A DNA stretch of 64,000 nt from an uncultured Candidatus Saccharibacteria bacterium (GCA_964512925.1 CAZEKH010000005.1:4325-68324); one strand, 5' to 3'. Positions 28,468 through 38,110 are shown, counted from the stretch's first letter. Notes: generated by a model not told the origin, from the sequence alone. Numbers and translations are program-made.

Positions 28468-29635
28468 ATATCCTATTTTAGTAAAGAAAAAAGAAAACCT
28501 GGCCTATTTGACTGGCGAGGTTTTTGATTTGCGGACACAGGAGTATCTTTTGGTAAAACCGCTGAAGTACGCGGATAAACGCGGAAGCTATACAGGGGTT
28601 GTTGGGTTTGGCAGCGGTCTGGAAAAAATTTCCTGGGCGCCAAAGTCGGACACTTTATACAACATCGGAAAATATGTGAAAGGCTATGAGAAGTTAAATC
28701 TTGAATATGGGTTTACTTTGGGGGAACATAAGTACATAAAAAGCAAGATCAAGAATTTGAGATTGCAGGTAAAAGTCCAGCCGGAACATTCTCCGGTGGA
28801 TGAGATAAGGCAGATAAAGACCCCGGATGAAATATTGAAGATTAAAAAATCAATGGAAATAGTTAAACAGGTATACAAGTATACTAGGAAGCAAGCGGTG
28901 AAGAGCGGGATGACGGAAGCAATTTTGGCAAAATACATTGAAAATTTGGGTTTAAAGTTGGGGGCAGGCGAGCTGGCGTTTCCGGCCATAGTAGCAAGCG
29001 GTAAGAACGCGGCAATGCCACACCACGTACCTACGAAAAAAAGGTTGAAGCCGGGTGAAAGCATTATTTTGGATTTTGGTTTTTTGGCCGGAGGCCAATC
29101 CGCCACTGGCGGAAAATCTTCATCTAACTACTGCAGCGATTTTACTCGTACGGTTTTTATCAAAAAAGTTCCAAAAAAGCTGGAAATAGCTTATAATCAG
29201 GTGGAGAAAGCTTATTTAGGGAGTATGGAATACATTAACTCCCCCAACCCCCGCCCGAACGCCGCAGGCGGGCAGGCCTCTTTGAAAAAGAGGGAAAAAT
29301 TCACCATCTCCTCCTCTTTGACAAAGAGGAGGCAGGGAGGAGTTCGTGCAGAGGGTGTTTACCAAAAATCAGTCGAGATTTTAGCCGAAAAAAAACTGGA
29401 TAAATATTTTATCCACTCGCTTGGCCATGGTACCGGCCTTGAGATCCACGAAAGGCCTTATTTGGGTCCAAAGTCAAAAGACATTTTAAAAGAAGGAATG
29501 GTTTTCAGTATAGAACCTGGCGTGTATTTTCCCGAGTATGGAGGGGTTCGGATAGAAGATTTGGTCTATATGGAAAATGGAAAAGTAAAAAAATTTATAG
29601 AAGTACCAACAGATTTAAAGTCTAATATTTTATGA
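28427..29635 (+). CDS. pepP: Xaa-Pro aminopeptidase (M24 family) with repeat-derived insertions
   Basis: IVASG..AAMPH, LDFG..YCSDFTRT, HSLGHG.GLEIHE, EPGVY and GVRIED motifs. Confidence 0.9.
   Translation: MEHQRLRQLQQEIKYPILVKKKENLAYLTGEVFDLRTQEYLLVKPLKYADKRGSYTGVVGFGSGLEKISWAPKSDTLYNIGKYVKGYEKLNLEYGFTLGEHKYIKSKIKNLRLQVKVQPEHSPVDEIRQIKTPDEILKIKKSMEIVKQVYKYTRKQAVKSGMTEAILAKYIENLGLKLGAGELAFPAIVASGKNAAMPHHVPTKKRLKPGESIILDFGFLAGGQSATGGKSSSNYCSDFTRTVFIKKVPKKLEIAYNQVEKAYLGSMEYINSPNPRPNAAGGQASLKKREKFTISSSLTKRRQGGVRAEGVYQKSVEILAEKKLDKYFIHSLGHGTGLEIHERPYLGPKSKDILKEGMVFSIEPGVYFPEYGGVRIEDLVYMENGKVKKFIEVPTDLKSNIL
29237..29344. repeat. Family A doublet with a nested CCCGCCCG..CGGGCAGG hairpin, in-frame in pepP
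   Basis: Encodes NSPNPRPNAAGGQASLKKREKFTISSSLTKRRQGGV. Confidence 0.85.
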
Positions 29636-29949
29636 CACGCAATTTTGAGCAGGGTCCGAATCGGGACAGAACAAATAAAGAATGGCTAAAAGTTTTTTTG
29701 ATTAAACGACAAAATATTTTAGGTTTTGTTAAGCAAATATCGTCAAAAAGAAAGTTATTTGGGGCAGAAGCTGACACGCTTATAGAACAAGGTGTAAAGA
29801 TTTTAAGAACAATCAATGAAATTACCGCCGGTCTTTCGGTAAAAGCGTCTTTGTATCCTGGATTGACTGATTTTGCAACAACATTGAAAGAGTGTGAGCA
29901 GCTAGAACAGAATTTTAGATTGTATATCCACAAACAGTCAGAGATATAA
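29632..29949 (+). CDS. AT-rich orphan protein
   Basis: 105-aa ORF with an ATGA overlap on the pepP stop. Confidence 0.55.
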   Translation: MTRNFEQGPNRDRTNKEWLKVFLIKRQNILGFVKQISSKRKLFGAEADTLIEQGVKILRTINEITAGLSVKASLYPGLTDFATTLKECEQLEQNFRLYIHKQSEI

Positions 29950-29970
29950 TTAATAATTAATTGCATTTTT

Positions 29971-30600
29971 ATGCCAGAGACGGATCATAACCACGGAGAG
30001 CAGCCTGCTTTGGATATAGAGACAATTGATACAAGATTGCATTTTTTAACATCGGAATTTAGCGCTTGGATGACTAGTCAAAAGGCAGCTGATCCTGATT
30101 TTTGGGGATCATACACAGATAGTAGAATTTTGGGACTTGTTTTGCAGATTAGGAATATTGAAAAAAATATTCGGGAAAATTCGAATTATCCAAACGAGGA
30201 GACTGTTAGTTTGATAGGAAGACAGATGGAGGCGGTAATGTCTGAATATAAAAAAGTATCAGAACAAAATTTGTCAGACAAAATAACAAGGCAAGAGTTA
30301 ACTAGGGTTTTTGGCGTTGAGTTGAGTTATATGGCAGATTTGGTGTTAAGTTGTTTGAAGAAAATTGACAAATATCATAGCACAGAGAATTCCCTAGGAT
30401 CAAAAACAGCTTGGGCTCAGTTATCTTGGAATCAAATAATGAAAAAAATTAAGCCTGAAAATGTTGAAGGTCCTAAGGCTGAGTTTATAAGCAGTTTGTC
30501 TAAAATAATCAGAATGATTTTAAAATTTAACAAAGAAAAAAAGATTATTTCTCAAAAAATAATCGAAAATCTGACAAGTTTTTTAGCATATAAAAATTAA
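29971..30600 (+). CDS. AT-rich orphan protein
   Basis: 209-aa helical ORF. Confidence 0.6.
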   Translation: MPETDHNHGEQPALDIETIDTRLHFLTSEFSAWMTSQKAADPDFWGSYTDSRILGLVLQIRNIEKNIRENSNYPNEETVSLIGRQMEAVMSEYKKVSEQNLSDKITRQELTRVFGVELSYMADLVLSCLKKIDKYHSTENSLGSKTAWAQLSWNQIMKKIKPENVEGPKAEFISSLSKIIRMILKFNKEKKIISQKIIENLTSFLAYKN

Positions 30601-30611
30601 ACATTTTTTAA

Positions 30612-31877
30612 ATGATATTTACGAAAAAAGTTTTACCTAACGGTTTAAAGGTTATCGAAGTGCCGTCTAGTGACGCGGAAAGCGTGGTAGTGGATTTTTT
30701 TGTAAAGACCGGTTCGCGTTCGGAGACAGAAAAAGAAAATGGTATTTCCCATTTTCTTGAACATTTTTTGTTTAAAGGTAGTAAAAAGTATCCGACAGCA
30801 ATGGCTATTTCTTCCTTGGTTGACTCCATAGGCGGGGAAATGAATGCCAACACAGGTAAAGAACATACCCAGTTTTATATCAAAGCTGCCAGTAGGCATT
30901 TTAAACTGATATTTGAAGTTCTGACCGATATGATTCAAAACCCGCTTTTAGACCCAGCAGAATTGGAGCGGGAAAAAGGCGTGATAGTTGAAGAGATAAA
31001 TATGTACAAAGACACGCCAATGTACGAGATAGAAAATATACTGGAAGGGCAGATGTGGCAGGGGGACGCTTTAGGCAGGGACATTGCTGGAACCAAAGAA
31101 ACTGTGACCAAGTTTACCAGGGAAATGTTTTTAGACTATATAAATAGGCACTATCAAACTCCAAATATGCTGCTTGGGGTTTCCGGTAGCTACGATAAAA
31201 AAGTTTTAAATGATTTGATAAGCAAGTATTGGAAAAATTATCCGAAAAATAAATTTCATAATTGGACTAAAGCAGTAGACAGTCAAAATCAATATCGTCT
31301 GAAGGTTCAGTTTAAAGAAACCGAACAGGCGCACTTGGCATTAGGTTTCAAAGGTTTTAAATATGGAGACAAAAGAAACGCGGCGCAGTCTGTTCTTTCA
31401 GCCATACTGGGCGGCGGTATGTCCTCAAGGCTTTTTTCCGAAGTTAGGGAAAAAAGGGGCCTTGCTTACTATGTCCGTGCCAGCGGCGGGTCTTACCAGG
31501 ATACCGGCGTTTTTAACATTGGAGCTGGGGTGCAAATACCTAAAATAGAAGAAGCTATAAAAGTCATTTTAGACGAACTTGAAAAGATAAAAAGCATAAA
31601 AGTAGAAGACGCGGAACTTAAAAAAGCCAAAGAATTTATAAAAGGAAAATCGGCTTTGGCGTTAGAAGACAACCAGGTGCGCTTGGACTGGTTTTTGGAA
31701 GCCGCAGCTTTTAAGCCGGAAATCTTAACCCCCAAAGAAGCCTTTGCAAAAATAGACAAAGTAACTGCCTCAGACGTGCAAAAAGTTGCCAAAGATTTGT
31801 TTCAAAAAGAAAAACTGACTTTAGCGGTCATAGGGCCATATAAGGACGAGAAGGTTTTTGATAAATTAATAAAATAG
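30612..31877 (+). CDS. M16 (pitrilysin) family zinc peptidase
   Basis: GISHFLEH inverted zincin motif, NA.T..E.T and LGGGMSSRLF.EVREK.GLAY. Confidence 0.95.
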   Translation: MIFTKKVLPNGLKVIEVPSSDAESVVVDFFVKTGSRSETEKENGISHFLEHFLFKGSKKYPTAMAISSLVDSIGGEMNANTGKEHTQFYIKAASRHFKLIFEVLTDMIQNPLLDPAELEREKGVIVEEINMYKDTPMYEIENILEGQMWQGDALGRDIAGTKETVTKFTREMFLDYINRHYQTPNMLLGVSGSYDKKVLNDLISKYWKNYPKNKFHNWTKAVDSQNQYRLKVQFKETEQAHLALGFKGFKYGDKRNAAQSVLSAILGGGMSSRLFSEVREKRGLAYYVRASGGSYQDTGVFNIGAGVQIPKIEEAIKVILDELEKIKSIKVEDAELKKAKEFIKGKSALALEDNQVRLDWFLEAAAFKPEILTPKEAFAKIDKVTASDVQKVAKDLFQKEKLTLAVIGPYKDEKVFDKLIK

Positions 31878-31886
31878 TTGTTAAAT

Positions 31887-31924
31887 TTCCTCTCCAAGTT
31901 TGGAGAGGGGTTAGGGGAGAGGTT
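31887..31924 (-). repeat. Family A element, left flank of the DUF559 gene
   Basis: Reverse complement is AACCTCTCCCCTAACCCCTCTCCAAACTTGGAGAGGAA; ends 5 nt before the ATG. Confidence 0.9.
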
Positions 31925-31929
31925 GTTGT

Positions 31930-32277
31930 ATGAAACGCAAGCCATATTTAGTACATAACGCAAAAAATTTAAGAACGCGTTCAACTATATGGGAAACAAA
32001 ACTTTGGCAATATTTGAGAGGCGGTAGATTTTTTGATTATAAATTTAAAAGACAAGTTGCTATAGAAAAGTATATCGTAGATTTTTGTTGCAATGAAAAA
32101 AAGTTGATCATTGAGTTGGATGGGAGTGGATATCAATTTTCAGAAAAAGATAAAATTCGTGATAAATTTTTTGAAGGGCTAGGTTATAAAATCTTACGTA
32201 TTTGGAATAATGATATTGACAATAATTTTGACGGGGTTCCATTAAGAATTAAACAAAATTTCGATGAAAAAAAATAA
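31930..32277 (+). CDS. DUF559 / Vsr-like endonuclease-domain protein
   Basis: AK.LR..ST.WE..LW..LR, KFKRQ, YIVDF, LIIELDG, RD.F....GY.ILR.WN: the DUF559 signature, recognised by eye. Confidence 0.88.
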   Translation: MKRKPYLVHNAKNLRTRSTIWETKLWQYLRGGRFFDYKFKRQVAIEKYIVDFCCNEKKLIIELDGSGYQFSEKDKIRDKFFEGLGYKILRIWNNDIDNNFDGVPLRIKQNFDEKK

Positions 32278-33388
32278 ACAAAAACAACCTCTCCAGGCCT
32301 CCGGCCACCCTCCCCAAACTTGGGGAGGGGAAAGCGGTATGGCTGTGGGTTGTCATGTTTCTGCGGCAGGCGGAGTGTGGAATGCGCCGAAGAATGCAAA
32401 GGATTTAAACTGCGAAACTTTCCAGATATTTACCCGTCCGCCTATGGGCGGACCTGCGCCGAAAATAGACCAGGAGGGAGTAGAGAAATTTAAGATGGAG
32501 ATGGAGAAGTATTATTCTTCATTCCATACAGAAGATGCAGAACCCCTCCCAACCTCCCCTTTGGTAAAGGGGAGGGGTAAGGTAGGTTCCCCCTCTTTTT
32601 CAAAGAGGGGGTTAGGGGGAGTTGGTTTTGTTGTTCACTGCCCGTACATTGTAAATTTTGGTTCAGCAAAGAAAACTACTTTTCACGGATCTATTTCTAT
32701 AGTTTCTGAAGAACTAAAAAGGGCTAATTCGCTTGGAGCTCGGTTTGTTATGACTCACTTAGGCAGCTTTAAGGATTTGGGCCAGGAAAAAGGTATGGTG
32801 CAGGCGCAAAAAGGTTTGGAAGAGGTTTTAAAAAAGTACGAAAGTTCTATAAAAAACAAACAGCCCTCCCAATTTCTTTTAGAGATAGCGGCAGGACAAG
32901 GTGAAGTTATAGGTGATACTTTTGAGGAACTGGCCGAGCTTATGGAGCCGCTAAAAAAATACAAAACTTTCGGGGGAATCTGCTTTGACACTCAGCATGC
33001 TTGGTCTTCGGGATATGATATAACCAAAAGCGAATGGGTAAAACAATTTGAGAAGACTATTGGCCTAAAATGGCTGCGGATGAGCCATATAAACGACTCT
33101 AAAGTTGATTTAGGCGGCAAAAAAGACCGTCACGAGCATATTGGCGAGGGGAAGATAGGAGAAAAGGGGATATATAATTTTATTCGAAATTTAAAATTGA
33201 ACCTGCCTGTCGGCAAGGCAGGGATTGAAGATTTAAACACCCTCTCTACCCGAAGCGGGTCCCTTCTCTCCCAGAAGGGAGAGATTAATAATGTTGTCTT
33301 TGACTCTTTTGCCTTGATTTTAGAAACTGAACATGATAAAGTGAAAACAGACATAAAAATCTTAAAAAAATTAAGGGAAAAAATATAA
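32264..33388 (+). CDS. nfo: Endonuclease IV with several repeat-derived insertions
   Basis: GCHVSAAGG, FQIF, HCPY.VN, H.GS, LLE..AG, CFDTQH, HINDSK, DRHEHIGEG and ILET motifs. The start may be the Met at 32339. Confidence 0.93.
   Translation: MKKNKQKQPLQASGHPPQTWGGESGMAVGCHVSAAGGVWNAPKNAKDLNCETFQIFTRPPMGGPAPKIDQEGVEKFKMEMEKYYSSFHTEDAEPLPTSPLVKGRGKVGSPSFSKRGLGGVGFVVHCPYIVNFGSAKKTTFHGSISIVSEELKRANSLGARFVMTHLGSFKDLGQEKGMVQAQKGLEEVLKKYESSIKNKQPSQFLLEIAAGQGEVIGDTFEELAELMEPLKKYKTFGGICFDTQHAWSSGYDITKSEWVKQFEKTIGLKWLRMSHINDSKVDLGGKKDRHEHIGEGKIGEKGIYNFIRNLKLNLPVGKAGIEDLNTLSTRSGSLLSQKGEINNVVFDSFALILETEHDKVKTDIKILKKLREKI
32286..32330 (+). repeat. Family A element, right flank of the DUF559 gene (overlaps the nfo 5' end)
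   Basis: AACCTCTCC..CCCTCCCCAAACTTGGGGAGGG; inverted relative to 31887-31924 and sharing CCAAACTTGG. Confidence 0.9.
32541..32623. repeat. Family A doublet, in-frame in nfo
   Basis: Encodes EPLPTSPLVKGRGKVGSPSFSKRGLGGV; two GC hairpins with outward-facing tails. Confidence 0.88.
33202..33283. repeat. CCTGCC..GGCAGG hairpin plus a family A element, in-frame in the nfo C-terminus
   Basis: CCTGCCTGTCGGCAAGGCAGG at 33202-33222 and CCCTCTCT..CTCTCCCAGAAGGGAGAG at 33240-33283. Confidence 0.75.
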
Positions 33389-33519
33389 AATGGAAACAAA
33401 TAGAGAAATTAGTCCTGCAAGTGTGGAAAATAGCCCTGAAGCTCAATTGCAAAAATTGGAAAACAACAGGCAGACATTGGTATCAGTTATCGAGGGATTG
33501 GAAAGGTCTGGTAACTAAT

Positions 33520-33723
33520 ATGGATGAAAATTTGAAAAAGGTTATTGCTTTGGTGCAAAAATCCGATCTTGACCAGACAATAAAAGATATCCTGGTTCGC
33601 GACCTTTCACAAGACGGTCTAAATGACTTTATGAAAGAGCAGATAAAAGCTTACTGCTTGTCTGAAATAGAAAAGATAGATGCTGAAATAGAAGAAGTAA
33701 AGAAAATATTAGACGAAAAATAA
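33520..33723 (+). CDS. Small hypothetical protein
   Basis: 67-aa helical ORF from the ATG at 33520. Confidence 0.55.
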   Translation: MDENLKKVIALVQKSDLDQTIKDILVRDLSQDGLNDFMKEQIKAYCLSEIEKIDAEIEEVKKILDEK

Positions 33724-33901
33724 TGTATGAAAGAAAAAGAGTTTTTGGAATTTCAGATTGACCCAGAAACCGAAGCCGTATTAACAGATCCTATACGACT
33801 AAAAGAGCAAAGAAAGAGAGTTGTTGCGACAGGACACGAGCCTTCAGAAGCCAAAATGCTTGGTGAAAAAGGGATGTATGATGAAGATGAGAAATAAACA
33901 A

Positions 33902-33934
33902 AACCCCCTCCTAGCCTCCCCCATTTAGGGGAGG
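33902..33934 (+). repeat. Family A element, intergenic
   Basis: AACCCCCTCCTAGCCTCCCCCATTTAGGGGAGG. Confidence 0.8.
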
Positions 33935-34009
33935 AAGGGTATAGGGGTTTTTGTTTTTTACCTATTATATGGTAAAATTACCATATAATTTGCGGCATTT
34001 GTTTAATTT

Positions 34010-35047
34010 GTGAATAGTGAATATATGAAATATCACGAGCTGGAAAGTTCAACTAAAGTAATTCTAAAGGTGATTTTTGCGGGACTGGCGCTGGCTTTTT
34101 TGTGGCAGATACGAGATATTTTGCTTTTGCTTTTGTTATCCCTTATATTTGCTTCGGCTATGGACCCGATGGTCGGGTATTTTCGGGAAAAAGGCGTACC
34201 CAGGGCTGTTTCCGTGCTTTCAGTTTATGTTTTAGTATTAGGCTTAGGGGGTTTGGTTTTGGCTATGGTGGTACCAGCGGTTTTAGAACAGATAAATTTA
34301 TTTTCCAGTTCTTTGCCAATATATTTAGGGCGGATACAGGAAAGTTTTGGTATAAATCTCAACGGCGATTTCCTTCAAACTATTCAGAATTTTTTTAACA
34401 GCACAAGTCAAGCGGGAGTGGTGAGCGGAACTTTTGGGGTGTTTAGCGGATTTTTTAGCTTTATCACAGTTTTGGTTATCTCGTTTTACCTGGTGGCGGA
34501 AGAGCGGGGGATGAAAAAGTTTGTTTCCGCGCTTTTGCCGGAACATCATCATGAGTTTACTTTAGGACTTTTAGAAAAAGTACAAAAAAAGATGGGGCTC
34601 TGGGTTTTAGGCCAGCTCATACTTAGCCTTTCTATTTTTGCTCTAACTTTGGTGGGGTTGATGTTAGTCGGTGTCATTTATGGAAAGGGTTTTGACAACC
34701 CTATTGTAGCCAATGCTTTGTTTTTAGCTTTGCTGGCAGGAGTTTTAGAGATAGTGCCTTACATTGGTCCATTTGTTTCGGCAATACCGGCTTTGATAAT
34801 TGCTTTTGTCATAAGTCCGGCTTTGGCTTTGGCAGTGGGAATTTTGTATTTGTTTATCCAAAAAATGGAAGGTTATGTTTTGGTGCCTAAAGTTATGGAG
34901 CGTACAGTCGGCACTTCGCCTTTGGCAGTTTTAGTCGCTTTGCTTGTCGGTTTTAAGCTGGCGGGTATTTTGGGGCTTTTGATTTCCATTCCTTTAGTTT
35001 CCGCAGCAACAGTGGTTTTTAACGAATTTATGGCGGAGAGGAAGTAA
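34010..35047 (+). CDS. AI-2E family transporter
   Basis: Multi-TM protein with ISFYLV, W..GQL, EIVPYIGP, EGY.L.PK.M and G.KLAGILG motifs. Confidence 0.88.
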   Translation: MNSEYMKYHELESSTKVILKVIFAGLALAFLWQIRDILLLLLLSLIFASAMDPMVGYFREKGVPRAVSVLSVYVLVLGLGGLVLAMVVPAVLEQINLFSSSLPIYLGRIQESFGINLNGDFLQTIQNFFNSTSQAGVVSGTFGVFSGFFSFITVLVISFYLVAEERGMKKFVSALLPEHHHEFTLGLLEKVQKKMGLWVLGQLILSLSIFALTLVGLMLVGVIYGKGFDNPIVANALFLALLAGVLEIVPYIGPFVSAIPALIIAFVISPALALAVGILYLFIQKMEGYVLVPKVMERTVGTSPLAVLVALLVGFKLAGILGLLISIPLVSAATVVFNEFMAERK

Positions 35048-35103
35048 AATTTTTTTAAACTAAAATATTAAACCCCATAATTTATGGGAAAGGAACAAAC
35101 AAT

Positions 35104-35478
35104 ATGAATATAGAAAACAATATTGGAAAAGGTGTAGAAATAAAGGGTGAAAAGAGAAAAATGGTTAAATTTTATGTATATACTGTGGATGGAGAGATTG
35201 CTGATATTTGGGCTACTAGCATAAAAGACGCAAGAAGAGAAGCTGATAGAATTTGGGCAGAAAAGGGTAAGATAGATTACGAAAAACTTCCTGAGAGACA
35301 AAAGTTTTTGGCAAGCCAAAAAGATAATTTAATCATTTCAGCGAAACTACAAGACTCTTCTGGGTTTGGAGAATCAGCAGTTGCTGATACCAAGGAATGG
35401 GAGCATTTAATTTGGGGTGAAGGTGGATTTATACATGATGATGGTTCAGTTGAACTTGCTCCTGATAAAGATAGATAA
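35104..35478 (+). CDS. AT-rich orphan protein
   Basis: 124-aa ORF. Confidence 0.55.
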   Translation: MNIENNIGKGVEIKGEKRKMVKFYVYTVDGEIADIWATSIKDARREADRIWAEKGKIDYEKLPERQKFLASQKDNLIISAKLQDSSGFGESAVADTKEWEHLIWGEGGFIHDDGSVELAPDKDR

Positions 35479-35535
35479 GCGTACTTTAATTATTTTTCAG
35501 CATTGCTGATGAGTTAGAATTATTCTAGTGCTAGA

Positions 35536-37131
35536 ATGAATAGATTTTACCTTACAACCACCCTTCCATACGTAAATTCAGACCCTCACTTGGGGTTTGC
35601 TTTGGAAATGGTTTTGGCGGACACAATAGTTCGGTTTCAAAAATTGCAGGGTAAGGAAGTTTTTTTTAATACAGGCACAGACGAGCATGGTCTTAAGATA
35701 TATCAAAAAGCTTTAGAACGAGGTATAAGCCCAAAAGAGTACTGCGACGAATATGCAGAAAAATTTAAACAGCTGATGCCAGCTTTGGGGGTTTTGCCGG
35801 AGATACATTTCATACGCACCACGGACGAACACCATATAAAAGCCTGTCAGGAGTTTTGGAAACTGGTAGATAAAAATGGCTACATAGAAAAGAAAAATTA
35901 TAAGGTCAAATATTGCGTTGGCTGCGAGCTGGAAAAAACTGAAAGCGATCTGTCAGAAGAAGGAAAATGTTTAGTGCACCCGCATTTGGAAATAGAGATT
36001 CGCGAAGAGGAAAATTATTTTTTTAAGTTTAGCGCTTTCCAAAAACCGCTTTTAGAACTTTATGAAAAACAGCCGGATTTTGTTGTGCCGGATTTTCGGT
36101 TTAACGAGATTAGAGAGTTTGTAAAAAATGGACTTTCTGACTTTTCTATCTCGCGGCTTAAAGAAAAAATGCCCTGGGGCGTGCCTGTGCCGGGCGACGA
36201 CAACCACGTTATGTATGTCTGGTTTGACGCGCTTATAAACTATGTTTCAACGTTGGGTTGGCCAGAATACCACCCCTTTAATTCCCCTCCTATTTTAGGA
36301 GGGGAGGGCCAGAATGGCGGGGAGGTTAGTAATTTATTTCAAGAATTCTGGGGGACAAAAGAAAACCCTAACGGAATACAAATTGCAGGCAAGGACAACC
36401 TCCGTCAGCAGTCTGCTATGTGGCAGGCAATGCTTATGGCTGCGGGCCTGCCGAACAGTAAACAAATCATCATCCACGGCTTTATTAACTCCGGGGGGCA
36501 GAAAATGTCCAAATCTTTGGGCAATGTAGCGGATCCTTATAAAATAATTGAAGATTTAAAAATAAAAGGATTGAATAAACAACAGGCGACAGACGCGCTT
36601 CGGTATTATTTACTCAAAGAAATTCCTACTTTTGAAGACGGGGACTACACTTGGGATAGGTTTTTGGAAGTCTATAACTCCGACCTTGCCAACGGCATTG
36701 GCAACCTAACAAGTAGGATTTTGAAAATGAGCATAGCTAATTCAATTTTTCTCTCTCCAGGCGTGGAGAGAGTCCCCGACTCGTCCGCCAAAGCTTTAGC
36801 GGAGGAGGAAGGGGGAGAGAGGTCGCATGATAGTAATTCCCCAAACGATCAAAAAATTAAAGAGTTTATTTCCTCTTACCACTTAAAACTCGCTCTTGAA
36901 GAAATCTGGAAAGATATAAAATTCTGCGATGAATACATTCAAAAAGAAGAACCATTTAAAGTCGTTAAAGTAGACCCGGAAAAAGCAAAAAAGCAGATAG
37001 AGTTTTTACTTGGTAAACTAAAAGAGATAGCAGAAAACCTGCAGCCGTTTTTACCAGACACTTCCCAGCAAATAACAAACAGTTTAAAACCGCTTTCGGG
37101 AGAAATTCCACGGTTGTTTCCGAGGATATAA
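35536..37131 (+). CDS. metG: Methionine--tRNA ligase (short form) with two repeat-derived insertions
   Basis: LTTTLPYVN..PHLG, GTDEHG, YVWFDALINY, KMSKS and DLAN..GNL motifs. Confidence 0.96.
   Translation: MNRFYLTTTLPYVNSDPHLGFALEMVLADTIVRFQKLQGKEVFFNTGTDEHGLKIYQKALERGISPKEYCDEYAEKFKQLMPALGVLPEIHFIRTTDEHHIKACQEFWKLVDKNGYIEKKNYKVKYCVGCELEKTESDLSEEGKCLVHPHLEIEIREEENYFFKFSAFQKPLLELYEKQPDFVVPDFRFNEIREFVKNGLSDFSISRLKEKMPWGVPVPGDDNHVMYVWFDALINYVSTLGWPEYHPFNSPPILGGEGQNGGEVSNLFQEFWGTKENPNGIQIAGKDNLRQQSAMWQAMLMAAGLPNSKQIIIHGFINSGGQKMSKSLGNVADPYKIIEDLKIKGLNKQQATDALRYYLLKEIPTFEDGDYTWDRFLEVYNSDLANGIGNLTSRILKMSIANSIFLSPGVERVPDSSAKALAEEEGGERSHDSNSPNDQKIKEFISSYHLKLALEEIWKDIKFCDEYIQKEEPFKVVKVDPEKAKKQIEFLLGKLKEIAENLQPFLPDTSQQITNSLKPLSGEIPRLFPRI
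36269..36327. repeat. Family A element, in-frame in metG
   Basis: TCCCCTCCTATTTTAGGAGGGGA hairpin with tails; encodes YHPFNSPPILGGEGQNGGEV. Confidence 0.85.
36751..36823 (-). repeat. Family A element with a nested 30-nt family D element, in-frame in metG
   Basis: CTCTCTCC..GGAGAGAG-TCCCCGA-[30 nt]-AGGGGGAGAGAGGT. Confidence 0.8.
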
Positions 37132-37134
37132 AAT

Positions 37135-37797
37135 ATGCCTGATAAATATAAAACAATAGATCAAGCAAATTTTGAGCTAACTCAAAAAAAAGATTTAGCA
37201 AAAAAAATAACCAAACCTTTGAAAGCGGCATTTTTAGCATTGATGGATGAGCTTTCTGCAGACTTAAATAAACAGTCGGTGATAAATACAGAAAAACAAA
37301 TTTCTTTATTAAGGGTGGGGAGAAGAGCGGATCGGGATGGTTTAAGAAGTGAATATTTTAAGTTAAATTTTGAAGGGAAAGATTATTTTGTAAAAAAAAT
37401 TTATAAAAATTTTTCCCGATATGGGGGAGGCTCCCAAGAAGTTGAGGGAATGCAAGTGGCTAAAGAACTACTAAAGGATTATCCTTGGATTGAAATTCCA
37501 GACTATCAGCTCGGCTATTTTGACGGAAAAAATTCATACTTAATAAGTTCATGGAATCCTGCACTTGAAATTGATTTGGAGCAGTATTTAAAATATAAAA
37601 TTCCTAAAACAGAAAAAAATTGGAAAACGGTTCATGAAATAAAAAAAAGAGTGGGGTTAGTTTCAGAAAGATTGGAATATAAGTTTTCAGATCTAGAAGA
37701 TTATAATATATCGTATGATCCTAAAACAGATAAGTTAATACTTTTTGACTTAAAGTATTTAAAAAAACCCATTAAGAATTTTCAAACCAGTAAATGA
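37135..37797 (+). CDS. AT-rich orphan, possibly protein-kinase-like fold
   Basis: YFVKK, DLEDYNI and LILFD loosely match the kinase VAIK, catalytic-loop and DFG positions. Confidence 0.45.
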   Translation: MPDKYKTIDQANFELTQKKDLAKKITKPLKAAFLALMDELSADLNKQSVINTEKQISLLRVGRRADRDGLRSEYFKLNFEGKDYFVKKIYKNFSRYGGGSQEVEGMQVAKELLKDYPWIEIPDYQLGYFDGKNSYLISSWNPALEIDLEQYLKYKIPKTEKNWKTVHEIKKRVGLVSERLEYKFSDLEDYNISYDPKTDKLILFDLKYLKKPIKNFQTSK

Positions 37798-37873
37798 GCC
37801 TTTGATAAAAAAATCGGCGGAGTCGGTTTGGGCTTGTTGCAACAAAAGCCCGCACCTTCTCCGCCAGGAGCTG

Positions 37874-38110
37874 TCAAATATTTGCGATGTTCTTTTTCGC
37901 TTGTTTTCTTGCTTCCAGCTCCTCCTTTTTGTAAGTTTTGTTCACGCGCATTTTTGGTGCTTTTTTTGCACCTTGAGGGATCCAAATCACTTTCAGACTG
38001 ACCCCGTCTTCTTCCACAACCAGCACTGTTCCGGCTGGCATTCGGTCGGGAACACCATCAAGCATGAAATAAGACACACCCACCTTTATTTTCTGTTTTT
38101 TGATCGACAT
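37874..38110 (-). CDS. Small antisense orphan protein
   Basis: AAGGA SD before the ATG at 38110 and a GC-rich terminator at about 37807-37865. Confidence 0.5.
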   Translation of the reverse strand: MSIKKQKIKVGVSYFMLDGVPDRMPAGTVLVVEEDGVSLKVIWIPQGAKKAPKMRVNKTYKKEELEARKQAKKNIANI

